Source: Histomonas meleagridis 2922-C6/04-290x
Lineage: Eukaryota; Protista; Parabasalia
Reading direction: 5' to 3'
NCBI GenBank assembly: GCA_020184695.1
Contig: JAANOX010000224.1
Coordinates: forward strand, 1-64,000
Length of the DNA stretch: 64,000 bases
In this document: positions 33,499 to 44,222 of the stretch, piece after piece
Layout: every line of letters begins with the position of its first letter
Position numbering within the stretch: the stretch's first letter is position 1
The notes under the pieces: model-generated
Database searches by the model: none
Told to the model about the DNA's origin: nothing
What the model saw: only the letters and a program-made list of their open reading frames with translations
Made by a program: the position numbers and the translations under genes

Positions 33499-33861
33499 AT
33501 AAACAAATATTAAAATTGCTTTGAATTTTTCGGAGTTTTGCGAACTAATACAAAGTTTAGGCAAATTTGTCAAAATTTGAAATTTCAAATAAGTTTCTTT
33601 CCCAAAAATTTAAATCGATAATAGCGAAACGCCTTCTATAAGAGTGGAATTTATGCGGAAAATTTGATCAATATGTTAATAACGAAAAACAATTTTGTCA
33701 AATGAGCCGAAAATTCTTCTTTCCAACCTTTAACAATATTACGAGCAATGAGTCGTCTGCTCCAGTAAAATTCCAGTCAGCAGAAAAGCTGATGAATCAT
33801 CAATTGCAATTGATTTTGTATTTGCATAAAAACCAAACACCCACTATCGATTTTTATTTCA

Positions 33862-34401
33862 TTAAAATGGTATTTCGTGAAATTCAAATTCTTGAATTAA
33901 ACGCGAAAAGTTGGTTTCAATCGATTCATTAAAACAATCTGCATCATCCGCATCATGAATTAGCGTTACATCTGGCAAATCACCGTTGATTTTAAACTCC
34001 ATTAAGTCAGATGTAGTTTCATTATTTTCTTTTGGTATTGGAGGTGATTCTGATGGCGGTACACAAGGGACAACCTTCTGTAACGAACTGCTTTCTAATA
34101 AGATTTTCGAGAGCTGAGTCATATCAATTGTTAACATTGCCTTTTTTGCAATAGCACAACAAAGCTCTCTTGTTTTTGCATTCATGAGTTTCTGATAATT
34201 ATCTGCTGTGAGCTTTGAGTGGGGTGACCAGCATGCAGCCTCAATTGCTTGGGCATGTGCTACAGCCAATTTTTCATTTTTGTTGAAAGATTCCCCTTTA
34301 GCTAAAGATATTATGTCTAGTATAGTCTTTATTTGCAAAACACATTCATTGAGGTATTTCTTTCTTCTTATATAGTTTCGTTTGAGCTTCGAATCGCTCA
34401 T
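33862..34401 (-). CDS. Hypothetical protein, 179 aa
   Basis: ATG-started open frame with a helical N-terminal half and acidic/Pro tail. Confidence 0.65.
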   Translation of the reverse strand: MSDSKLKRNYIRRKKYLNECVLQIKTILDIISLAKGESFNKNEKLAVAHAQAIEAACWSPHSKLTADNYQKLMNAKTRELCCAIAKKAMLTIDMTQLSKILLESSSLQKVVPCVPPSESPPIPKENNETTSDLMEFKINGDLPDVTLIHDADDADCFNESIETNFSRLIQEFEFHEIPF

Positions 34402-34844
34402 TCAACGTTAAGTGACATTTCTCGTTGGATAACCGCCCTCAAAAAGTTGAATAAAGAATTCAATTAAACTGCAAATTCGATAAAAATCCACTTTTTTCAA
34501 TAGCATCAGTTAACATATTGCGAATGACAACTGTAACCGTATTATGAACACGTACTTCATCCATAAATCAAAAGATAAGAAGAACCTTCTCAATAATGAT
34601 ACGACACCCAAAGATATTAATGTATTTATTATTACGTTTGCGATATTTTTCATTGGTTATTTATAAAGATTTTTTAAATGATTATGGTAAATTTTCAAAG
34701 CGTGTATCGTTGTAACTTTTCTATTACCTACAGACGTTGTAAAAAGTAAACGTCATAAAAATGTGCGCTTTGTAAAGTTGACAAATGCAACCAAAAGTTG
34801 TAACCAATTTCCAAATAATTTCTTTGTGAATAATTATTAATATT

Positions 34845-36029
34845 TTATTTAGTCACTTCTTCGACCTTTTTCTGTTGTTCTATTTTCTTTCTTCCATCCG
34901 GCGTCAATTCTTCGCATATGTTTAACTTATCTGCAAACACAGAATTCCTTACCGCGATATATAGAATTGGGTATCCAGGAATTACATAGTCTGGCTGCAC
35001 AAAGATATCGTTTAATGTACATTCCATACTAACTTCTAAATTCTTTTGCGCACGTGACTTTGTTGTTCTTCCCCATTGGTAATTACAACAATTAGTTACA
35101 ACATATACAATAATGGAATCAATTTGATACCTTTTCTCAATGGAATCCCACGGTGGCGATTCAACTCCTTTCACAAGACCTGGAAGCATCATTGACACCA
35201 AATCAATGATTCGTGTGCTTTCGGAAACGCCTTCGATGAAATCAATTTGTAATACTTCATCATATGCAACTGCAACTGGCCAAATTGTTTCATTTTTATC
35301 TTCGTCAAAACATAAAGCAAGATCCCAATTGCCCATCCATGAGAAAGGAAGTTTTCCAACTGAGTAATTGCGTTTCTTAAAGTAATTATTACATGCATTC
35401 AAAGATTCGAGATATGAATGAGTTCGCTTTTGGATGGAATTAACTTGCTCGCTGACGTTCTTGATTACATCTTCGAACTGTTTATGCATTGGATCTTCTT
35501 CTGGAGTGATTTCAAGACCTGCTTTGGCAGCAGCTAATGATTTGTCCCAATCAGAAAGACCTTGATATGCATGAGCGGCACGAAGGAATGCACGCTTGTT
35601 GGTTTTATCATACTTGATGGCCCAGTTGGCATCCAGAACGGCTTTTTGATATTGTTGAAGACCCAATGATACAGTAGCGCGATTAGAGTGAAGAATTGAT
35701 TTCAATTTTGGATCTGATGGATTTTCTTGAAGACCGCGTGTCCACCAAGAGGAGGCAGCGGGCCAATTCTGCTTGCCAGATTTATAAAGTTCGTTACCAA
35801 GCTCTTTGAAATGAAGTGCTAATGAATCATGAGTTTCATTTTCGTACATTACAGTTTGGAAACAGCTAAGATATTTATCATTATCGACGTCTTCTGGAAG
35901 ATCGGTTCTAAACATTGGATGAATTCTCCAGTCTTCTTCATCTTTATCAACGCCATTCATTGCAGCTTGGTGTACCAAGTCATATGTTGCATCAATATTT
36001 CTTTGTTCGGAAGGAGTCAAAGGTTTCAT
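34845..36029 (-). CDS. TTC4: TTC4/Cns1-like TPR co-chaperone
   Basis: HPMFRTDLP N-terminus, TPRs (FKELGNELYK, ILHSNRA, RAFLRAA), C-terminal WPVAVAYDE..DFIE wheel-like domain. Confidence 0.8.
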   Translation of the reverse strand: MKPLTPSEQRNIDATYDLVHQAAMNGVDKDEEDWRIHPMFRTDLPEDVDNDKYLSCFQTVMYENETHDSLALHFKELGNELYKSGKQNWPAASSWWTRGLQENPSDPKLKSILHSNRATVSLGLQQYQKAVLDANWAIKYDKTNKRAFLRAAHAYQGLSDWDKSLAAAKAGLEITPEEDPMHKQFEDVIKNVSEQVNSIQKRTHSYLESLNACNNYFKKRNYSVGKLPFSWMGNWDLALCFDEDKNETIWPVAVAYDEVLQIDFIEGVSESTRIIDLVSMMLPGLVKGVESPPWDSIEKRYQIDSIIVYVVTNCCNYQWGRTTKSRAQKNLEVSMECTLNDIFVQPDYVIPGYPILYIAVRNSVFADKLNICEELTPDGRKKIEQQKKVEEVTK

Positions 36030-36349
36030 TCTAAAATCTTTGGTCGGGTAAGCAACGATAATATGTCAGATGATTAAAATTCATTCATTTTTTTGAAATA
36101 TAGTAGGGGTGACCCCGAAAATCGGGCATCAGCTGATGTAAGTATTTAGATCGATTCTCAATTTAAATATATTAAGTATCAATTTCATAATTTATATGCT
36201 AAAAAATAATATAGATTTAATAATGATGCAAATTGTTTCTAACAAGCTAGATGTTGGTTTTAGAATATCAGTCATAGTAAGGGATATTATGCCTCATGAT
36301 ATTGCATTTTATTATGGTTTTATGGGGTTGCTCCCGGATTTGAAAGGAA

Positions 36350-36612
36350 TTAAACGTATCGGATTTTTCGATTTCGTAAACCATGCAAATGAAACATGTT
36401 TTTCAATGCCTATTCAATTATTTTCATGTTTGTGAGAAAATATTTGCTCATTCAATTGTGTTTCAATCGAAATAATTTCGCCTAAAATATTCTATGAAAA
36501 TAAAAAATGACATATACTATACAACGAAAATTTGAATGCTTGCGAAAATTCTTAATATTATAATATTGAATTAATTCAATTTTCAATCAACAATTCGTAT
36601 CGTTGCATTCAT
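36350..36612 (+). repeat. Dispersed non-coding element, copy 1 (upstream of ankyrin locus B)
   Basis: Aligns by eye with 59462-59661: aacgtatcggattttt(c/t)gatttcgtaaa(c/t)catgcaaat, cctattcaatt, aaaatattctatga, aaaatgacatata, tatcgttgcattcat. Confidence 0.8.
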
Positions 36613-36752
36613 AATACCCGTTTTATATTATATCAATAACCACGTGCAATGGGTTCTCGAAATATGTAAAGCATGTAGAAAGTCGAATGTTTTTTATGAC
36701 ATATCATAAAAATGTTTAAAAAGTTCTAATTTCCCCTTACATTTTTTACATA

Positions 36753-38198
36753 ATGGGAATAGTTCCAAGCCAAAACATTGAAGAAAATTTCAAACAAGGC
36801 ACTGGAATAAAAGAAAGTCAGGATATAATTCCATTCAAAGAAAGTATTCGAAACTTACAACTGCTTGAAAAGTATATTTTTTCATTGAATGAAAACAATA
36901 TTCAAGAAACATCTGAATCAACGATGAAATTATTCAATAAAAGTTTTCCATATACATGGCACCTTGTAATTTGTCGATTGATATTCGCTTCTTGTATATC
37001 ACAAGATAAAACATTAACATATTTTTAGATTATTTAAAACTAATTGATAAAAAAGAAGAAGAAATGTCTGATCAAAGTTTTGACAGAATTCTTAATGTAT
37101 TAACACAATTCATTCTTACATTAACGTCACGCGAATCTGATTACATTCTAATGAAAATGTATGAACAAAACATAGTTAATCAAAGCATTATACAAAGAAA
37201 AAAAATCAATTATTTTGCACATTTCTTATCTGATAAAACAATCAATATAATAAAATACAAAAAAAATAATATTATTTTTAGTGCAGTTCTACAACGTGTT
37301 AAAGAAAATTATTTGGAATTGCATAAGCAATTAATTAAAGAAGGAGTTAATTCAAATGAAATCTCAAAAATAATTCGAAATGATGAAATAGAAAAACTTC
37401 AAGAAATATCATCGCAAGCAAATTTTAATTTTAATCAAAAAGTTGAACCATCACTTTATGAAAGATGTTCTTTTATTAATCAAGAAAATGTTTCGTTAAT
37501 TGATTATGCAGCATTTTTTGGATGAGTTAAATGTTTTAAATATTTACTTATGAATGGTTCTAAAATAGATAACACTGGTAAATATGCAATTGCAGGTGGA
37601 AATCTTGAAATTATTCATTTATGTCAGCAAAGTTGTGCAACATTTAAAGATACATATGAAACAACAATTCAATTTCATCAAAATGATGCTTTTAATTATC
37701 TCTATGAAAACAAAATTGAAGAAATTAATAATTTAACTTATTTAGGAATTAGATGTATTAAATATGATAATTATGAAATCTTTTCATTTTTGGAAAATGA
37801 GGGAATGGAAATAGATATGATCATTATTAACGAAACAATAAGAATTGGAAACATATTCTTTGCTAATTATTTTCTTGAAGGAAAAAATTATCCAAAAAAT
37901 AGTTTTTTTTTTAGTTTGAATTCAAGAAATGTCGAATTTATACGATATTTAATTGAGAAAAAGGATTACTTCTTGAACAAAAGGGAATTAATGTTAATGC
38001 TAAGGATAATTATTTATTTTATTTAGTATTGATTTTAATAATTTTATATTACAAAATAATATTTGGAAATTATTTAAATTATTTAAAACAGCACTTATTA
38101 AAGCAAGTGAAAACGGTCATACAGAAATTGTTAAGTTGCTTCTTGAACAAGAAGGAACTAATGATGACAAGAAAAGTGAAAATAGTACTGAAGAATAA
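36753..38198 (+). pseudogene. DUF3447-type ankyrin gene, locus B, disrupted; retains one 80-nt linker array (38008-38087)
   Basis: T-run frameshift near 37025, TGA at 37523 where paralogs have Ser (TCA/TCG), and a frameshifting internal deletion near 37965. The final repeat decodes as KD-SYGK-TALIKASENGH and ends at TAA 38196-38198. Confidence 0.8.
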
Positions 38199-39087
38199 AA
38201 ACAAAATTTGATGATAAAGTTTTTGAGGGAAATTTGAACATTTTAAAACAAATTTGATAATTATAGTATAAATTATAAATATAGATATTTATCCAAAAAT
38301 AGGTAGATTATATACTGTTTAGATTTGACAACATTCACCCTTTAAAATTTTAATTAAGATAAAAACTATTTGTATAACTAACATTACAGACACAACTAAT
38401 AAGTCAATTCCAAGAACTAAAGTAACTTTGGCTGCAGAAGAACAATCTGGATCATTAATGATATGTCGCATTTAGGGCTGACAGAAAAGCTTATCAACAC
38501 ACGCAAGCAACACGCATTTCGGCAATTTATAAAGCGCAAAAAAAAAATCTTGGAGTACCCACACTGTGACTTCCACAGCAAACCGATAGAACTTTTTGAT
38601 ATAAGCTATATACAATGCATTGTATTCAAAAAGTTGAGAACGCCGTTTATCCAAGAACGATAAACGATAGAGCTTTTTGGGCTTGTTGATTCACTGATGT
38701 GCATGCACGTTTATGATTCAATTAAAAACGATCGTCGTTTCGATGACATGTTTTCTCGTCAAAAGCGACTTTTTCACACCAAAAACAACGTCACTATAAA
38801 TATATCAACAATGAATCCACGTATCATCTCCATCATGGCAGCAAATTTGCTTTGACATTAGCTTCATAAATTTTAAAACATATGAAAGCTGGATAATTTT
38901 TCTTTTGAATATTTTGAATATAGTTCAACTTACATTGAATAAATTGTAAATCTGTAAAAAATTAAATAAAGTTTAGATTTTAAAGTGTCGCTAATACAGC
39001 ACTTTTTGTCTATAGAAAAGTGTCTATGTATTGAACAAATCCAATTGTCCATGTAAACTATTTAAAAATCGAATCTCACTTTTCGCA

Positions 39088-40050
39088 ATGAGTAACGCTG
39101 CATTGATTGAGATTGGTGATGATGTTACATCCCAACTTGCAAACTTCAAAAGTGATGAATCAAAGCGTGCCATTCAACTTACAATTGAAAATGAAGTCCT
39201 TCAAGTTGTCAGAACTGTTCCAGCAACATCATCCATGGAAAATGATTTTGATGGTCTTCAAGATATCCTTGAACAATCAAAACCATCTTACATCATTATT
39301 CATTTGAAGAAGGATCCAGATTATCCAGAATTTGTTTTAATTGTTTTCATTCCACCAAAATGCCCAATTCGCCCACGTACAATTTTTGCTTCCTCCCGCT
39401 CAACAGTTCAACGTTATCTCAACCAAATTTTCGTGAACTTAGGTGATTATTTTGTTGACAATATAGCCGAAGTTACATTCAAAGCATTTCTCCATGTAAC
39501 AACAAAGGACGAAGCTTCCATGACAATAGATGAAATCCAACAAAAGAAGGAAGCTCAAGAAAACACAGTTTCCCAAGTTTCATTACCAACACATGATACA
39601 TTTACATGGCCAGTTGCTGATGATCTCTTAGATCTCCTCAGGCAGTTTGCCAGTGGAAGCGGACCAACAGTTGTTGCCGGAATGGCATCAAATACTGGTG
39701 GAGCCATATCTACTGCAGGCACAGGAAACTCGCTCTCTGACATCGACAACTCAGCTCCGCGCTACATCGCTATCAACTATGATAACAAAGGAGAGAAATT
39801 GAAAGTCTTTGTATTGTATTGCCCCGATAATGCAAAGTCGAGAGAAAAAATGATGTCTTCCACTTGCAAGCACAGCTTCATCAAGGGATGTTCCGAAGTC
39901 GGTCTTGAGTTTGATAAGTTCTTCGAAATCAGAGATGAAAGAGATTTCAATGATTCGAACTTGGATCTTTTAATCAACCCAGTCCACGAAACTCACGGCT
40001 ATGGCGAGATCAAGGTTCACCGTAAGCCAAGAGCTCCTGGACGAAAGTAA
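39088..40050 (+). CDS. TWF: Twinfilin (two ADF-H domains)
   Basis: FIPPKCPIRPRTIFASSR and YCPDNAKSREKMMSST ADF-H motifs, basic tail KPRAPGRK. Inr TCACT at 39076. Confidence 0.85.
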   Translation: MSNAALIEIGDDVTSQLANFKSDESKRAIQLTIENEVLQVVRTVPATSSMENDFDGLQDILEQSKPSYIIIHLKKDPDYPEFVLIVFIPPKCPIRPRTIFASSRSTVQRYLNQIFVNLGDYFVDNIAEVTFKAFLHVTTKDEASMTIDEIQQKKEAQENTVSQVSLPTHDTFTWPVADDLLDLLRQFASGSGPTVVAGMASNTGGAISTAGTGNSLSDIDNSAPRYIAINYDNKGEKLKVFVLYCPDNAKSREKMMSSTCKHSFIKGCSEVGLEFDKFFEIRDERDFNDSNLDLLINPVHETHGYGEIKVHRKPRAPGRK

Positions 40051-40935
40051 ATAAACTGAGGTGAATCTTATTTGAAATTGAAGTAAACTTTTTGAATTGT
40101 TAAATGGTTGTAGCTGCAAATTATCAACGCTGGTTTAAATTTGGGATTTATAAGATTAAACATTAAATACTAACAACAAACAAAGACAAAAAACATGTAT
40201 ATACCGTTGGGACAAATTCAAAAAATATGAAAATATGATGATATCAATTTGGGATATAAAACCTATATCCTTTAACAGAAGTCAATATTTTTCTTTAAGA
40301 GTATGGGTTACTAAAAAAAATCATCATTATGACTTTAGGAATGCTAAGCATATGAATTATAATTTTTAGACAGTTGATAAACGGTTATATTCCATTTCAC
40401 CCCTCAAAATGTAAATTGTAAATTTTACAAACGAAAAGAAAAAACGCCCATATTTTTTAGAAAAAGTTGATTTAATTCAAAGAAAAAAGGACTTTGGATG
40501 GAAATATTGAATACGTAATGGAATTTTTCAATTCTTTCACAGTCGGATTTTAATTTTTAATAATGACACATCGATTGAAAGATAAAATTCTTCGTTAATT
40601 AAAGGTGCAAGAAGACCCAAAAAATTATCTTTTACAGTCAAACAAAAACAAAGGCATTGATAAAAAAATTTAATTTCGGAAAATTAAAACATTATCCTGA
40701 ATTTATTGCGATGATTTATTCGAGTTATTTCAAAGCATTCTGAAAAATCTTGGTAATTTCACGAAGAATCTTCTTTGTATGGTTTTAGGTTTCGAAATTT
40801 TTTCAAAATATCGTTTTGAATTTGAATACCTCTAAGAATAAAAAAAAAATTTCAATAGTTATTTCTCGTATAAACTTATCAAAAAAGTCTTTCAAAATTC
40901 ATTGAATATACGACTATCTAAAAGTGGCATAAAAA

Positions 40936-43611
40936 ATGGAGGAAGAACCATCAATATCAGTACAATTATCTCCTGTTTCAAACTTCAAGGTTAATGCATC
41001 AGATTTTAAGACTATAAAGCAAATTGGATCTGGAGCTTATTCAAATGTTTATCTTGCAATTCATCTTCCATCAAATTACCAAGTTGCTTTAAAAGTATTA
41101 ACATCAAAAAAACTCGAAGGAACCGCAAAAACATATTTTATCAGAGAAGTTATGGTTTTAGCTTCATGTAATAATCCATTTTTAATACAATTGTTAGGAT
41201 ATACTGATACCTACCCATATTGCATTGCAACACCTTATGTTGGAAATGGTTCTCTTTTTGATGCTTTAAAACACAAGCCAGGTTCACCACAAATCGATAA
41301 TACTCAAAAGACAATTATTGCAATGTGCATTGCAAATGGTATGGCATCATTGCACGAACTATCAATTATTCATCGTGACTTAAAGTCACTTAATATTTTA
41401 CTTGATAATAATTGTTTACCCAAAATTATTGATTTTGGAATTTCACGTTTTCGTGGTCAACAAGATGAACTTGTTACTGTTACTATTGGTACCCCACATT
41501 GGATGGCTCCTGAAATGTTTCATTCAGAACATTATGATAATAAAGTTGATGTTTATTCGTTTGCAATTCTTTTATGGGAAATGCTCACTGAAGAAACACC
41601 ATTTGAAGGATTAACTCTTTTTCAGATCATGCTTGGTGTTACCCAAAACAATCAAAGGCCACCGCTTCCAGATGATGTTCCAGATGGACTTCGGCAACTT
41701 ATTGAAAATTGTTGGGAAAATGATCCAAAAGATCGTCCTACATTTTCTGAAGTTTTCCAATCCTTTAAAAATCATGAAGCCTTTTTTGAAAATACAGATT
41801 TCGACAAAGTTGATGAAATCTATAATTTTATTAAAAATAAAGAGCAACAACAAAGCCTACAAGAGTTCCAAGAAAAGCAAGAGTTATCACATCTTGTACA
41901 ACGTATAGAACAAGAAGAAATAACTCAAACAAATTCAAGCCTCACAAAACTGAAAAGTGCCGCAGTTAACGGCCACCACCGATCACGTCGGTCTCGACAT
42001 CGAAATGATTATTTTGATAATGATTTCCAAGATAATTTCAGTAGTGGTAGTCATCGTAGTCGAAGGGCTAGACGAGAACGGATTTCGTATGACGCAGACA
42101 TTGATACAACTCAAGATATAATTAGTGCACCATATGTGAAATATAATTCATATGTACCACTTTTAAATGAATCACAAATAGCGATTAGTTATGCAGTTTC
42201 TAATAATAATAATTTATTGACATTAGATATGAGTGGTATTTATGATCCATTTTCATCAAACTTCTCAAAGAACTTACGTTATATTGTTTCACGAATTACT
42301 ACGTATCAAATTGATGAATTCTTTCATATCATTGATGATAACTTACGCCAAGGATTAGATGAAGAAACGACGTTATGTATTTATCAAAACATATATAAAT
42401 TACTTAAAAAGAATCCGAAGTTTTTACCGATGTTATTAGAATCTGAATGCATTAATAACATTTCATGTTACACTCCACAGTTATGCAAACCATTATTACA
42501 AATTATATTATTAATTGCTAGAAATGAACAAGAATTAACACCGTTACGAATTCTTAATGAATTATTCCAATATTCGAGTGAATATTCGAAACAACTTGTT
42601 TATTTGTTATCACAATTTCATATTAACTTTAAAGGAAATCCGAATTTCCAAATGATAGTTCAATTATATGTTGCACATTATATTAATTTATTAGTCACTA
42701 AAGACGCAGTTAATTTTTTAATTATATTATATCAAATATATCGTAGTCAGCCAACATTTACATTTATCTCGAAAGTGTTTACTAAAGCATTGTTATCAAA
42801 TGAATCCGAAGTAATAACAATTAGTTATAAATGTCTATGTTCAATGCCATTTGACATTAATCGTTTACCTTTAGAAGTTATTGTAAATCATTTCCAATAT
42901 TTCCCATTAGAAGCGACATCCATTATAGCGCGATTACCAAACTTACCAAATAGTACACGTTTAGTTAATGGTTTATTATTAGCAGTGAATAATATATCAT
43001 TAGCATTATATTTGTTATGTAAAATCACAATGACATTAAAAGGCTCATTAATATTAATCGAAAATAATCATTGGTTAGAGCCTAAAAAGATTAATATTGA
43101 TTCGAAATTAAAAATATTTTTATCAATATTTCAACATAATGAATTAAGACTTAGTTTAATACATTTACCTTATGTAATAGATATGTTTTTTGAGGTTATC
43201 GAAAATTGTTCTTTCGAATCAATTCAAGCAATTGTTACATCAATTAGAAGAATTAGTGCACAATCACCAGATTTTATAGAGTTATTAAGTCAAAGAGGTT
43301 TTCTACATGAGTTTATTCAAACAGCTTTCGTACAACCAAATGTCGAAATGGCAAATTGCGGTCTATTGTTGTTTGATAACATTGCACGTGTTTCTTACGT
43401 AAGCGATTATTTGGATATAATTCCTTACTTCCCGACTTTGTTAAGTAACCAACAATTACAAAATAACGCAATTTGTACAATGGTAATATTGACAATGTAT
43501 CAACAGACATTGCCAGTTTTTATCAAATATAATATACCGGAAATAGTAAGAAAATTGAAATTACCAAAATTGGAACAATATAAAAACCTATTTTTGGATC
43601 AATTTACATAA
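40936..43611 (+). CDS. TKL-family protein kinase with ARM-like C-terminal region
   Basis: GSGAYS, VALK, HRDLKSLN, DFG, GTPHWMAPE. Confidence 0.92.
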   Translation: MEEEPSISVQLSPVSNFKVNASDFKTIKQIGSGAYSNVYLAIHLPSNYQVALKVLTSKKLEGTAKTYFIREVMVLASCNNPFLIQLLGYTDTYPYCIATPYVGNGSLFDALKHKPGSPQIDNTQKTIIAMCIANGMASLHELSIIHRDLKSLNILLDNNCLPKIIDFGISRFRGQQDELVTVTIGTPHWMAPEMFHSEHYDNKVDVYSFAILLWEMLTEETPFEGLTLFQIMLGVTQNNQRPPLPDDVPDGLRQLIENCWENDPKDRPTFSEVFQSFKNHEAFFENTDFDKVDEIYNFIKNKEQQQSLQEFQEKQELSHLVQRIEQEEITQTNSSLTKLKSAAVNGHHRSRRSRHRNDYFDNDFQDNFSSGSHRSRRARRERISYDADIDTTQDIISAPYVKYNSYVPLLNESQIAISYAVSNNNNLLTLDMSGIYDPFSSNFSKNLRYIVSRITTYQIDEFFHIIDDNLRQGLDEETTLCIYQNIYKLLKKNPKFLPMLLESECINNISCYTPQLCKPLLQIILLIARNEQELTPLRILNELFQYSSEYSKQLVYLLSQFHINFKGNPNFQMIVQLYVAHYINLLVTKDAVNFLIILYQIYRSQPTFTFISKVFTKALLSNESEVITISYKCLCSMPFDINRLPLEVIVNHFQYFPLEATSIIARLPNLPNSTRLVNGLLLAVNNISLALYLLCKITMTLKGSLILIENNHWLEPKKINIDSKLKIFLSIFQHNELRLSLIHLPYVIDMFFEVIENCSFESIQAIVTSIRRISAQSPDFIELLSQRGFLHEFIQTAFVQPNVEMANCGLLLFDNIARVSYVSDYLDIIPYFPTLLSNQQLQNNAICTMVILTMYQQTLPVFIKYNIPEIVRKLKLPKLEQYKNLFLDQFT

Positions 43612-43902
43612 AAAATCCGCGATGCTGTTTAATCAGCATTGAGATGGAATTTATTTCTTTTGTTAATAAAAACGCTAGAAATAATAGAAATAATTTGTTT
43701 TGTTGTTAAATGAGTGTCTTTGTGTGCATTTGGTATTAAGAATTTCCCAAAAAATATTTGTTATTTCTTTTCCATGTACAATTTTATTATTTATTATATC
43801 AATGATCATGTTTTATGAATAGGTAATAATGTTTGGAAGATCTCAAACATTCAATCAAATATGACTCAAAAAAAAAAATCAGTAACTCTGTTCTAAAAAT
43901 GT

Positions 43903-44126
43903 ATGAAGGAATCGAAATAAATCATTCATAGTTAAAATTCCACATATTCATGAATATGTTATGATAAAACAATATGTTTATGTGTCCGATATTACACGTG
44001 TATTTCAAAACTTACCCGAGCATTTATAAATGGAAAAATGAAGGAATCAAAATAAATCACACATAGTTAAAAAACCACATATTCATTATTGTTATGATAA
44101 AACAATATGTTTATGTGTACGGTATT
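43903..44126. repeat. Imperfect direct duplication of a ~90-nt non-coding segment (period 135 nt)
   Basis: atgaaggaatc..tatgataaaacaatatgtttatgtgt occurs at 43903 and 44038. Confidence 0.85.
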
Positions 44127-44222
44127 ATCTTAAAAATATATTTCCTGAAGTATCAATAAAAAATAAAAAATTTTTATTAATATTTTCGATTAACAAATAT
44201 TTAATCATGAAAACATTTTTCA

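Noticed and set aside
38463-38870. Short ORFs between ankyrin locus B and twinfilin
   Set aside because: 66 aa or shorter, with no motif or codon-bias support.
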